A stretch of 64,000 nucleotides of DNA from Gammaproteobacteria bacterium (GTDB taxonomy: Bacteria > Pseudomonadota > Gammaproteobacteria > Ga0077536): assembly GCA_050186725.1 (NCBI GenBank), contig JBFWYG010000010.1, positions 37,091 to 101,090 of the forward strand. The letters run 5' to 3'. The notes under the pieces are model-generated. The model was not told where the DNA came from. It ran no database searches and worked only from the letters and a program-made list of their open reading frames with translations. The position numbers were made by a program, and so were the translations under genes. Shown here one piece after another: positions 46,319 to 55,485 of the stretch (position 1 is its first letter; each line of letters starts with the position of its first letter).

Positions 46319-48259
46319 ATGTGCGGGATTTTCGGCCTGGTGGTGCATCCGCGCTCGGGACTCGATCGCGCCGCGGTCAGCGCGTTGCTGGATGATCTGT
46401 TCCGGCGCTCGGAATCGCGTGGGCGGGAGGCGGCCGGGCTGGCGGTGCGCTACAAGGCGGGACTGTCGGTATTCAAGCGCCCGCAGGCCGCCTCGGACAT
46501 GATCCGCAGTGCCGGCTATCGCGCCATGCTAGATGAGGCCATCGCCGACCAGCATCTGGTCGAACCGGTGGCCGTCATCGGCCACTCGCGCCTCGTCACC
46601 AATGGTTTCCAGGCGCAGCCCGAGAACAACCAGCCGGTGATCCGCGGCGACATCGTCGTCGTGCACAACGGCATCGTGGTGAATGTCGATGCGCTGTGGC
46701 AGGGCGCCGGTCTGGCACCCCACAGCGAAGTCGATACGGAGGTGATCGCGGCACTGATCGCGCAGGCCTGCGAGCAGGGGCGCGAACTCGCTGGCGGCGT
46801 CCGCGACTTCTACGCCCGCCTGGTCGGCACCGCGGCCATTGGTGTGCTGTCGGCGGCCCATACGCGCTTGGTGCTGGCGTCCAATTACCAGACGCTCTAC
46901 GTGGTCGCGGACCGCACGCGCGACGTGGTGCTGTTCGCCTCGGAGCGCTACATCCTCGAGCAGGTGTGGCGACATCCGGCGCTGGCGGAACGGGCCCACG
47001 ATGGCATCCTGCCGGTGCCCCGCGATGCCTTCATCAGCGTGGACCTGGTCGACCTGTCGGTCGAGACCTGTCCGCTGGTCGCGGACGCGGGTCCGGCCGC
47101 GCCGGCGCCGCGCGCGCCGGCGGTGCTGCGCATTCGCGACTACGCGCGCGAGGAACATCCGGCGCGCGCCGAACTCAGACGCTGCACGCGCTGCATCCTG
47201 CCGCAGACCATGCCGTTCATCACCTTCGACGCCGCCGGCGTGTGCAACTTCTGCCGTGATCATCGGCCGTTCGAGTACGAGGGCGTGGACAAGCTCGAAG
47301 CGGTGCTCGCGCCCTATCGACGCAACGACGGCCGCCCGGACTGCATGGTCGGCTTCAGCGGCGGGCGAGACAGTTCCTACGGCCTGCACCTGCTCAAGGC
47401 GGAGTTCGGCATGAACCCCGTGGCCTTCACCTATGACTGGGGCATGGTCACCGACCTCGCGCGGCGCAACCAGGCGCGGATCTGCGGGCAACTCGGCATC
47501 GAACACATCATCGTGTCCGCCGACATCCAGCAGAAGCGCAATTTCATACGCAGCAATGTGCTGGCCTGGCTCAAGCGGCCGCAGCTCGGCATGGTGCCGT
47601 TGTTCATGGCGGGCGATAAACAGTATTTCCACTACATGAATCTCGCGGCGCGACGCAACGACATCAAGCTGCTGATCTTCTGCGAGAACGGCAAGTTCGA
47701 ACGCACGCACTTCAAGTCAGGCTTTGCCGGCATCAACGAAGGCTCGCGGCGCGCGTTCAACGTCACGCCGGCGGAGAAGCTCAAGCTGGTCGCCTACTAC
47801 CTGCGCAACTTTCTGGCGACGCCGGCCTATTTCAACGCCTCCATGCTCGATTCGGCGTTCGCCTTCTTTTCCTCCTACCTGCTGCGCCACGAGCACTACC
47901 TGTTCCTGTTCGATTACGTGCGTTGGCAGGAGGCGCAGGTCGAGGACACGCTGCTCGGCGTGTACGACTGGGAGACCGCCCCCGACACGCGCTCGACGTG
48001 GCGCATCGGCGACGGCACGGCGGCGTTCTACAACTACATCTACTTCACCATCGCGGGTTTTACCGAGAACGATACCTTTCGCAGCAAGCAGATTCGCGAA
48101 GGCTTGATCTCGCGCGACGAGGCGCTGCGCCTGGTCGCGGTGGAGAACCGCCCGCGCTGGGCGTCGTTGCAGTGGTATGCTCAACAGGTGGGGTTCGATC
48201 TGAACGAGGCGTTACGCGTGATCAACGGCGCGCCCAAGCTGTATGGAGGCGCGCGGTGA
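46319..48259 (+). CDS. Fusion: class II (Ntn) glutamine amidotransferase plus WbpG/WbuX-type N-acyl sugar amidotransferase
   Basis: N-terminal MCGIFG (Cys1), IGHSRLVTNG, HNGIVVN and SEVDTEVI. C-terminal CTRCILP...GVCNFC, DCMVGFSGGRDSSY (PP-loop) and QIREGLISRDEAL. Confidence 0.85.
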   Translation: MCGIFGLVVHPRSGLDRAAVSALLDDLFRRSESRGREAAGLAVRYKAGLSVFKRPQAASDMIRSAGYRAMLDEAIADQHLVEPVAVIGHSRLVTNGFQAQPENNQPVIRGDIVVVHNGIVVNVDALWQGAGLAPHSEVDTEVIAALIAQACEQGRELAGGVRDFYARLVGTAAIGVLSAAHTRLVLASNYQTLYVVADRTRDVVLFASERYILEQVWRHPALAERAHDGILPVPRDAFISVDLVDLSVETCPLVADAGPAAPAPRAPAVLRIRDYAREEHPARAELRRCTRCILPQTMPFITFDAAGVCNFCRDHRPFEYEGVDKLEAVLAPYRRNDGRPDCMVGFSGGRDSSYGLHLLKAEFGMNPVAFTYDWGMVTDLARRNQARICGQLGIEHIIVSADIQQKRNFIRSNVLAWLKRPQLGMVPLFMAGDKQYFHYMNLAARRNDIKLLIFCENGKFERTHFKSGFAGINEGSRRAFNVTPAEKLKLVAYYLRNFLATPAYFNASMLDSAFAFFSSYLLRHEHYLFLFDYVRWQEAQVEDTLLGVYDWETAPDTRSTWRIGDGTAAFYNYIYFTIAGFTENDTFRSKQIREGLISRDEALRLVAVENRPRWASLQWYAQQVGFDLNEALRVINGAPKLYGGAR

Positions 48260-48918
48260 TGGCCGGCCTGATCTATCCCTCGGGCCCCTACCGCTCACGG
48301 CTCCATGGCCTGGTCAACGAACTGCTGTTCCCGCTCAAGCTGCTGGTACCGCAGCCGCTGGTACGACGCGTGCCGGGCCTGGTCACCAACGAGGACCTGC
48401 GCATGGCGGAGGTCGGCCGCGAGGTGCGCGGACGACTGCTCGACATCGGCTGCGGTCCCAATCGCCTGGCGCGCGAGTACCGCGCCGCCGGCGGCGACGC
48501 GGTCGGTGTCGATGTCCACCCCTGGGAGGGCGTCGACCTGGTGGTCGAGGACACCGCGCGTCTGCCGTTCGCGGACGGCAGCTTCGACACCGTGAGCTTC
48601 GTCGCCTGCCTGAATCACATTCCCAATCGCGACCAGGTGCTCCGCGAAGCGCGCAGGGTGCTGGCGGACGGCGGCAGGGTGGTGCTGACCAACCTGCAGC
48701 CGCTCATCTCGCAGGTGTGGCATGCCTGGGCGTTCTGGGACAAGGATCAGCACGAACGCGGCATGGCCGAGGGCGAGGTGTGGGGGCTGGCCGAAGCGCA
48801 GTTGCGCGCGCTGCTCGCGGAGGCGGGTTTCGAGCGCGTCGAGCGCCGGCTGTACGCCTGGGGCTTGAACCAGCTGTGGGTCGCGCGGAAGTACGGCGGT
48901 CGTGCCGATGACACCTGA
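48259..48918 (+). CDS. Class I SAM-dependent methyltransferase
   Basis: LLDIGCGPN, LPFADGSFDTVSFVACLNHI and REARRVLADGG; TGATG overlap. Confidence 0.88.
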   Translation: MAGLIYPSGPYRSRLHGLVNELLFPLKLLVPQPLVRRVPGLVTNEDLRMAEVGREVRGRLLDIGCGPNRLAREYRAAGGDAVGVDVHPWEGVDLVVEDTARLPFADGSFDTVSFVACLNHIPNRDQVLREARRVLADGGRVVLTNLQPLISQVWHAWAFWDKDQHERGMAEGEVWGLAEAQLRALLAEAGFERVERRLYAWGLNQLWVARKYGGRADDT

Positions 48919-49831
48919 GCCGAGCGCCGCCGGCGACCACGCCATCTGCCCACTGTGCCTGTCGCGGCGCACCGCGCCCTACGCGCGGCACTCGCGGGTG
49001 GCGCAAGTGGTCAGGCGGTGCGTCGACTGCGCACTCTACTTCGCCTGGCCGCACCAGTCGATGATTCCGACCGTGACGGACGGTGCGCCGGATCGCGACT
49101 TCACCTTCTGGGGCAGCGAGTGTGCGCACATCGCTTATCAGCGCTGGCGCACCACCGAGAACCGCGAGATCGGCGCGCTGGCCCTGGCGCACTTTCCGGA
49201 TGGGCGCTGCGAGCGCCTGCTCGAGATAGGTTTTGGTGAAGGACCGCTGACCGAGATCCTGCTGCCGGCCACGGCGGAATACTGGGGCATCGAGCCGGTG
49301 CCGGCCACCTGCGCGAAGACGGCGCAGGCGCTCGGCCTCGCGCCCGAGCGCGCGTTGTGCTGTCGCGCGGAAGATCTCGGCGCGGGCGGTCCTGTCGAGC
49401 ATCTGGCGAGCCATTTCGACATGGTGGTCATGGTCAGCGTGTTCGAGCACCTGTCCCAGCCGCGCCAGGTGCTGGAGGACTGCCTCAGGCTGCTGAAGCC
49501 CGGTGGCCGATTGCTGATCTCCACGCCCGACTCGACCTTCTTTCGCCAGCTGCGCCTGCTGCGCAGGCTCGCGCAAATGGAACCGTGGACGCATTTCCAC
49601 GTGTCGTTCTTCAAGCCTGCGAATCTCGAACGGGCCTTTCAGGCGGTGGGTTTCGAGGTGTTGACCCGCCTGCGACGTCCGCTCGTGACGTCCGAATCGA
49701 TCGCCTATTTCGCCGCTCTTACCGACTCGGCCGCGATCGGCTGGCTCATGCGGATGTTCAAGCGCAGCGGACTGGCCGCGCTGCTGCGGACCCACACGCT
49801 GTTCTACGTGCTGCGCAAGCCGCACGGCTAG
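48908..49831 (+). CDS. Class I SAM-dependent methyltransferase with N-terminal Zn-ribbon
   Basis: CPLC...CVDC, LLEIGFGEG, FDMVVMVSVFEHLSQP, LKPGGRLLISTPD and HVSFF. Confidence 0.85.
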   Translation: MTPEPSAAGDHAICPLCLSRRTAPYARHSRVAQVVRRCVDCALYFAWPHQSMIPTVTDGAPDRDFTFWGSECAHIAYQRWRTTENREIGALALAHFPDGRCERLLEIGFGEGPLTEILLPATAEYWGIEPVPATCAKTAQALGLAPERALCCRAEDLGAGGPVEHLASHFDMVVMVSVFEHLSQPRQVLEDCLRLLKPGGRLLISTPDSTFFRQLRLLRRLAQMEPWTHFHVSFFKPANLERAFQAVGFEVLTRLRRPLVTSESIAYFAALTDSAAIGWLMRMFKRSGLAALLRTHTLFYVLRKPHG

Positions 49832-49838
49832 CGGCGCG

Positions 49839-51146
49839 ATGGTCGACAGCTTTCCGCGCGGCGCCGGCCTCGAACCTTTGGCGCGCACGCGCCTCGGTCG
49901 CGGCGTCGGCGGAGAGCTGGCCTGGAACACGGTCAGCTTCGTGGTCATGGCGCTGTCCACCGCGGCGGCGTTCTTCATCGTCGGGCGCTGGCACGGTGAG
50001 GCCGCCCTCGGCGTGTTCAGCCAGGCCTATGCCATCTACGTGGTCGCGTCGCAGGTGGTGGTGTTGGGCGTGCAGTTCTCGGTGCTGCGCGCGGCCGCGG
50101 CGATGCCGGCGACCGACGCGGCGATGCGCCCGATGCTGTGGGGCGCGCTCGGCGTGGTGCTGGGCGCGGGCCTGGTCACGGTGGCGCTCGGCTCGCTCAG
50201 CCTCGGCGCGGCGGAGCGCCTGTTCGACAGCGCGGAAGTGCGATTCGCGCTGGCGGCGTCGCTGCCCGGCCTGCTGTTCTTCGGCGCGAACAAGGTGCTC
50301 ATCAGCTGGTTGAACGGCACGCGCCGCATGCGCGCCGTCGCGCTCGCGCAGGGCGCGCGGGGCGCGTTGATCGTGCTGTGGATGCTGGTCTTGAGCCTCG
50401 CCGAGATGCCGAGCGCGGCGCTCAGCGCCGCGCTGGCTGCCGCCGAGGCCTGCCTGTTCGTCGCGTTGGCGCTCGACCTGTGGCGCCGCGCGCCGCCCTG
50501 CGGCGGCGCGAGCGCCTGGCGCTGGGCGCGCGCCCACGCGCGCTTCGGCGGCAAGGCTCTGGGCGGCGGCGTGATCATGGAAGCCAACAGCCGGGTCGAT
50601 GTCTTTCTCCTCGGCGTGTTCCTGTCCGACCGCGAAGTCGGCATCTACAGTTTGGCGAGCATGGGGTTCGAGGCGATGCTACAGGTCTGCCAGGTGCTAC
50701 GCGTCAGTCTCAATCCGCGCCTGGCCAGGCTGCACGCGCGCGGCAGGACAGCGATGCTGCAGAAGTACGCACGTCACGCGCTGCGCGCCAGCTATGCGCT
50801 GTTGGCTGGCCTGGCGCTGGCGGCGGCGCTGCTCTATCCGCTGGTGGTGAACCTCGTGTTTGGCGCTGCCTTCATGGCCAGCGTGTCGTGCTTCGCCCTG
50901 CTGATGGCCGGCTTCGCCTTGACCAGCGGCTACCGCGCCGTGGACATGCTGCTGGTGCAGGCGGGCATGCCGGGCTGGCATACGCTGGTGCTGGGCGGCG
51001 GCATGCTCGCGAACGTGGCGTTGAATGCGGCGCTCATCCCGATGTTCGGCCTGGAGGGTGGGGCGCTGGCCACCGCCCTGTCGCTGCCGGTCGGAGTGCT
51101 GCTGTTGAAGCTCGCGGCCCGCCGCCTGGTCGGCATCTCAATCTAG
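49839..51146 (+). CDS. Wzx-type oligosaccharide flippase (MOP/PST family)
   Basis: About 12 TM segments, GEAALGVFSQAY, RVDVFLLGVFLSDREVGIYSLAS and LNAALIPMFGLEGGALAT. Confidence 0.85.
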   Translation: MVDSFPRGAGLEPLARTRLGRGVGGELAWNTVSFVVMALSTAAAFFIVGRWHGEAALGVFSQAYAIYVVASQVVVLGVQFSVLRAAAAMPATDAAMRPMLWGALGVVLGAGLVTVALGSLSLGAAERLFDSAEVRFALAASLPGLLFFGANKVLISWLNGTRRMRAVALAQGARGALIVLWMLVLSLAEMPSAALSAALAAAEACLFVALALDLWRRAPPCGGASAWRWARAHARFGGKALGGGVIMEANSRVDVFLLGVFLSDREVGIYSLASMGFEAMLQVCQVLRVSLNPRLARLHARGRTAMLQKYARHALRASYALLAGLALAAALLYPLVVNLVFGAAFMASVSCFALLMAGFALTSGYRAVDMLLVQAGMPGWHTLVLGGGMLANVALNAALIPMFGLEGGALATALSLPVGVLLLKLAARRLVGISI

Positions 51147-51219
51147 AATCCGCATCGTCGGCGCGGCGCCGGCGGCGATAGGGCAGGGTGCGAGCGCTCG
51201 AACTGAGGCGAAGGAGCAG

Positions 51220-52272
51220 ATGGACGATTTATCCAATCTACGGCTGGCGGGCGTGGTGGTGGGCTTCGCCGTGCTGATCTGGACCTTCGTCGATCTGCGG
51301 CGCTACCGCGCGCGCCGGGTCGACCGAGCCGCCATCATCTTGTTCGCGCTGGCGAGCATCACGCTCGCGCTGTTTCCGCAGCTGGTCGATGCACCCGCCG
51401 CGTTCTTCGGTCTGCTGGGCGTGCCCGGCGGTCGCCTGCTGGCCTTGCTCATCGTCTCGACCGTGCTGGTCTGGCTGCTGCTCATTCGCGCGCGCAGCCA
51501 GCTGGCGGCGCTGCAGGACGATCTCACGGCGACGCTGCGCAGTCTCGCGGTCAGTGACTTCCTCGGCAGGCACGCCGACCTGGCGCGGACCCCGGCGATC
51601 TGGGTGGTGGTGCCGGTGCTGAACGAGGCCGCCAACATCGGCGTGGTGGCGGCGCGGGTGCCGCGCGCGCTGCTCGGCCTGCCGGTGCGGGTCCTGGTGG
51701 TCGATGATGGCAGCACGGATGGCTCCGCGGCGGTCGCCGCGCAAGCGGGGGCGCTGGTGGCGCGGCTGCCGCGCAACTGTGGCGGCGGCACGGCCTTGCT
51801 GACCGGTTTCGACGTCGCGTTGAACGAAAACGCCTTCGCCATCGTGACCATGGACGGCGATGGCCAGCACGATCCGGCGGAGGTCGAGCGACTGGTCACG
51901 CCGCTCGCCGAGAAGCGCGCCGATTTCGTGATCGGTTCGCGCGTGCTCGGCAGTCGCGACGAACGCGCCGGGCTGCGCGCCATCGGCATCAGTCTGTTCA
52001 GTCGTCTGATCAACCTCCTGACCGGCAGCCGCATCACCGATTGCTCGAGCGGCTTTCGCGCCATCTCGCCGCAGGTGCTGCGCACCATCCAGCTGCGCGA
52101 ACCTCAGTATCACACGCCGGAACTCATCATCAGCGTGACCAAACGGCGCATGGTTGTGGCCGAGGTGCCGATACATGTGCGCTCGCGCCTGTCCGGCGAG
52201 AGCAAGAAGGGGCCCGATCTGCGTTACGGCTGGAGGTTCATTCGCTCGATCGTGCGGGCTTGGCTGCGCTAG
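51220..52272 (+). CDS. GT2 polyprenyl-phosphate sugar synthase (DPM/GtrB-like) with N-terminal DUF2304-like membrane domain
   Basis: Three N-terminal TM helices, then VVVPVLNEAANI, VVDDGSTDGS, MDGDGQHDP, VIGSR, ITDCSSGFRA and SRLSGESK. Confidence 0.85.
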   Translation: MDDLSNLRLAGVVVGFAVLIWTFVDLRRYRARRVDRAAIILFALASITLALFPQLVDAPAAFFGLLGVPGGRLLALLIVSTVLVWLLLIRARSQLAALQDDLTATLRSLAVSDFLGRHADLARTPAIWVVVPVLNEAANIGVVAARVPRALLGLPVRVLVVDDGSTDGSAAVAAQAGALVARLPRNCGGGTALLTGFDVALNENAFAIVTMDGDGQHDPAEVERLVTPLAEKRADFVIGSRVLGSRDERAGLRAIGISLFSRLINLLTGSRITDCSSGFRAISPQVLRTIQLREPQYHTPELIISVTKRRMVVAEVPIHVRSRLSGESKKGPDLRYGWRFIRSIVRAWLR

Positions 52273-52469
52273 TCCTCGGTAGGCGTTGGCTCAGTGGCGA
52301 ATGCGTCGAGTTGGGTGCATGTACGACTGCGAGTATGGTGCCGGGTCCCACAGGTCTCAAGTTACGGCCGGCAACGGCCGGCGCGCCTGCCTAGCGCTCG
52401 AGGTTCCGCCTGGCCGGACAATGGATTTCAGAGAGATCAGCTTGACGAGTCTGCCTGTCTCCGGGCCAT

Positions 52470-53582
52470 ATGAGCGCCGCGGCGTGCGCCGCGCGTGCGC
52501 TTGGGCGAGTGTTGCGCAGGCAAAGGTCTGGGCCTGCGACTGAGCGGGTTGCACCGACATCGGCGTGGCGCCGGCGCTCGGCCGACATTCTGTCGCGCAT
52601 GCCGATGGGGCTCGCACGCCGCTACCATCACCTCGCGCCGTCGCGACCCGCACCGGTGAGAGCATCGCCGCGCCGAACGTCGCTCATCGCCAGTGCACAG
52701 AACGCTTTTAGTGGTGGCCCGCGTCAAGCGAAGCGCAGGCGCGGCTCGGCGCTAATCGCCTTGTCGCGCATGGCGAGCAGGTTATCCCACCGCGGCGCTG
52801 CTCGCCCAGAACGGTAGTGAACGCTACGTCTGCGATGTGATCGAGCTCCCCTCGTTTGCCCCCCGCGCCCAGCCGTCCCGGTGGAGCCCCACCAACATCG
52901 CATTGTCCGATCACTATTTCGAGACTTACACGGGGCGCGCCCATGGCCTCATCACCATCGGACACGTGCTCCGCGAGCTGCTGGAACTGTTGAACCGGCA
53001 GGTGCAGGTAATTCCTAACTTCCGGTACGCTGAACGACTGGTGCGCAACGATGCGCTGCGCGGGCTCGAGATCGGCGACCGTCTGATGACATCCAGAAGC
53101 ACGATCAGCGCGGGTTTCGAGTTCGGACCCGAAGTATTTTCCCACCTGTCCGCGCAGGTGCACTTCGACGTCGCCGGCATTTCGGCCCCGTCCGCCTGCC
53201 GTATCGCCTGTCTCGATCTCGCCGCCCGCCTTGGCGTGGGAAACCGACTTCTGTGTGACCAGGTGCCGTAGGCGGAACTTTCGTCCGCGGTTGCGATCGA
53301 GCGCGTGCTGGCGCGGCGCGTTGACATCTGGGCGCAAGCCACGGCGGCCCCGTTTGTGAAGCATTGGACGCGCCGCTATTCGATGCCCTGGCCAGACCGC
53401 GCAGCATGTGCTTCTGCGACATCAAGCAACTGTGCGATAACAATCGCACCATGTGCATGGCGCGCTCGCAGGTGGCGCGGGATGTGGAGGTCACGCTCGT
53501 GTCGCCGCAAGCGAGGCGGCTTCAGCGACCCTGGTGAGCGATCCCAGCCCGGGCATCGGTGTCGAGGCGATCGTGCTGTGAG
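52470..53582 (+). pseudogene. Decayed paralog of the 57323-58702 GT4-like gene
   Basis: Fragments align to the intact copy: GANRLVAHGEQV / frameshift near 52784 / YVCDVIELPSFAPRAQPSRWSP, IPNFRYAE, CDQVP-TAG (53269-53271 where the paralog has VPY), and after internal deletions LFDALARPRSMCF...DNNRTMCMARSQ. Many A/T-ending codons. Confidence 0.8.
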
Positions 53583-53589
53583 GCGGGGC

Positions 53590-55485
53590 TCAACTTCGCG
53601 CGGCCGGCCCCGCCGGCCATTCGCCGCGTATGATGGACCCGAGTACCACGGCTCTGAGCGCCTGATGGTCGAGGCGGGGCACCGCGCAAACGATGCGCGC
53701 GCCGTTGGCGACCAGCAGAAGGTCGCCCCGCGGGCACTCGATGGCACGTGCGCTGTCGCGATCGACGAGCAGTACGGTGCAGTGTCCGAACAGCGCTAGC
53801 AGGCGTTGCTGGCCGGCTTCGTTCAGCTGGCGGAGCAGGCGCTGATCGACCGCGACTAGGGGCAGATCGCAGCGGCTCTGGTGCAGGCAGCGAATAGCGA
53901 AACGAACGATCTCGGCCTGTCGTTGCGGCAAGGGACTGCGCAATTCGGCGATGAGTTGCACCGTTTCTGCGTCGATGTCGAACATACCTTCGCTCACCAA
54001 CGCGGCGACCCACTCGCGGGCGTTCGGGACGGCGTCGAGGATAGTGCGATATTTGGGCATGGCGGCTTGGGCGGCGCGCAGGCGCGTGACCGCGTCCGGC
54101 TCGCCAGTAGCCGCGTCCTGCAGCAGGGCACGGAAGAGATCGAGTCCGATTTCGCAGTCCAGACCTGGTCCGGTGAGATGGAACACCTGGCCGGGCGCCA
54201 ATACACCTTCGACGGTTTGCAACTGGGGCGTCTCGAGCCGCCAGCGCGGCCGGATCGGGAGAGGGTGCCTTTCGTCGTGGATGCGACCCGCCAGGTAGCT
54301 GCCTGACGAGAAGCTAATCGGCACGGTCACTGGCACGGTCTCGCTGTCCAAATCGCGCGCCAGGGCGTACAAGCGCATCAGATGCGGCAGGTAGCGATTG
54401 ATGGCGGTCAGCGCGACCATGCCGCCCTCAATGCCGGTGAGCACGAAACGCATGCCGAACAGTAGCACCAGCAGCGAACTCGCGCTCGACACTTGCTCAA
54501 GCTTGCCCGTGAACAGGAGCCAAGTCAGGGTGCCGATGCCGGCGGCCATCATAGATGACATGAGCGCGCGTGAAACCTCCGTGACGCGCAGCCGGCGTTC
54601 GAGGGCGCGCAGATAATCGTCGAGCGCCGAGCCAGGCTCCTCGGCAGGCGCCTGACGGAGTGCGTGTACGACATCGAAACCGGCCTCGGCTTCATCCTCG
54701 ACGAAACCCAGGGACGTCTCGAAGGGCCGGCCGCTGAGCGCCTCGCCAAGCCTAGACCTGATGTACGCGCTGCGCTGCGCGCCGAGGTTTTCCAGGTCAC
54801 GGGTGCTACGGGTTGCGGCGAGAGACAGCGGGTAGAGCACACCTAGCGCCAGCATGCCGAACGCCGCGACCAGGGGCAGTAACAGTGGCGCGTGGTAGGC
54901 CAGTACAGCGAGGCCCAGCGCCATGCTGCCGAGATGCCCGATGTTGAAAAGCGATAGACGTACGACCACGCCTGGAAAGCGGCAGTCGCTGAGCAGGATC
55001 TTAAGCAGCTCGTGGCGCGTGCCAAGGGTGTGACGGCGATAGAGGTCGCCAACGAACCGCTCCTCGTCGGCGCCGGATGGCGCGAGCTGAGCGAGGATTG
55101 CATCGGTAAAATGGCGATACAGCGCGCTTTCTAGGCGAATGGCGGTAGAGCGCCCCAGATAGCCGAGCAGACTTCCGAGTGTGAAGAGGGCGATGAACAC
55201 GCCTGTTGCAGTGAGCGCGCTAGGTGGCGGCAGGTTGACATGAAGCGCGTCCAAGCCAGGAAATCTGGTCAACCTCCCTTCGCGCTGCATGTCTCCGACC
55301 AACCTTGCAAGCAACGCCAATGCCGCGCCGTGCAGCACAATGCCGGCAGTCAACGCGCTTGACGAGAGCAGGATCGGTCGCAGCGCATGGCGCATGGCGC
55401 GTGACCACAGCCAACGGAACAGCCGCAGATATGCGATGCCGCGACTGCGGGCCGCGCGTGTATTCTCCAGCAGAGGGCCGCTCAC
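53590..55485 (-). CDS. ABC exporter-like protein: TMD fused to a degenerate NBD-like domain
   Basis: 631-codon open frame with a TMD-like hydrophobic N-terminal 380 aa. The C-terminus has recognisable but broken NBD elements (PGQVFHLTGPGLD, LPQRQAEIVRFAI, LPLVAVDQ, TVLLVDRD, GDLLLVANGARIV). GTG overlaps the upstream TGA. Confidence 0.6.
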   Translation of the reverse strand: MSGPLLENTRAARSRGIAYLRLFRWLWSRAMRHALRPILLSSSALTAGIVLHGAALALLARLVGDMQREGRLTRFPGLDALHVNLPPPSALTATGVFIALFTLGSLLGYLGRSTAIRLESALYRHFTDAILAQLAPSGADEERFVGDLYRRHTLGTRHELLKILLSDCRFPGVVVRLSLFNIGHLGSMALGLAVLAYHAPLLLPLVAAFGMLALGVLYPLSLAATRSTRDLENLGAQRSAYIRSRLGEALSGRPFETSLGFVEDEAEAGFDVVHALRQAPAEEPGSALDDYLRALERRLRVTEVSRALMSSMMAAGIGTLTWLLFTGKLEQVSSASSLLVLLFGMRFVLTGIEGGMVALTAINRYLPHLMRLYALARDLDSETVPVTVPISFSSGSYLAGRIHDERHPLPIRPRWRLETPQLQTVEGVLAPGQVFHLTGPGLDCEIGLDLFRALLQDAATGEPDAVTRLRAAQAAMPKYRTILDAVPNAREWVAALVSEGMFDIDAETVQLIAELRSPLPQRQAEIVRFAIRCLHQSRCDLPLVAVDQRLLRQLNEAGQQRLLALFGHCTVLLVDRDSARAIECPRGDLLLVANGARIVCAVPRLDHQALRAVVLGSIIRGEWPAGPAARS

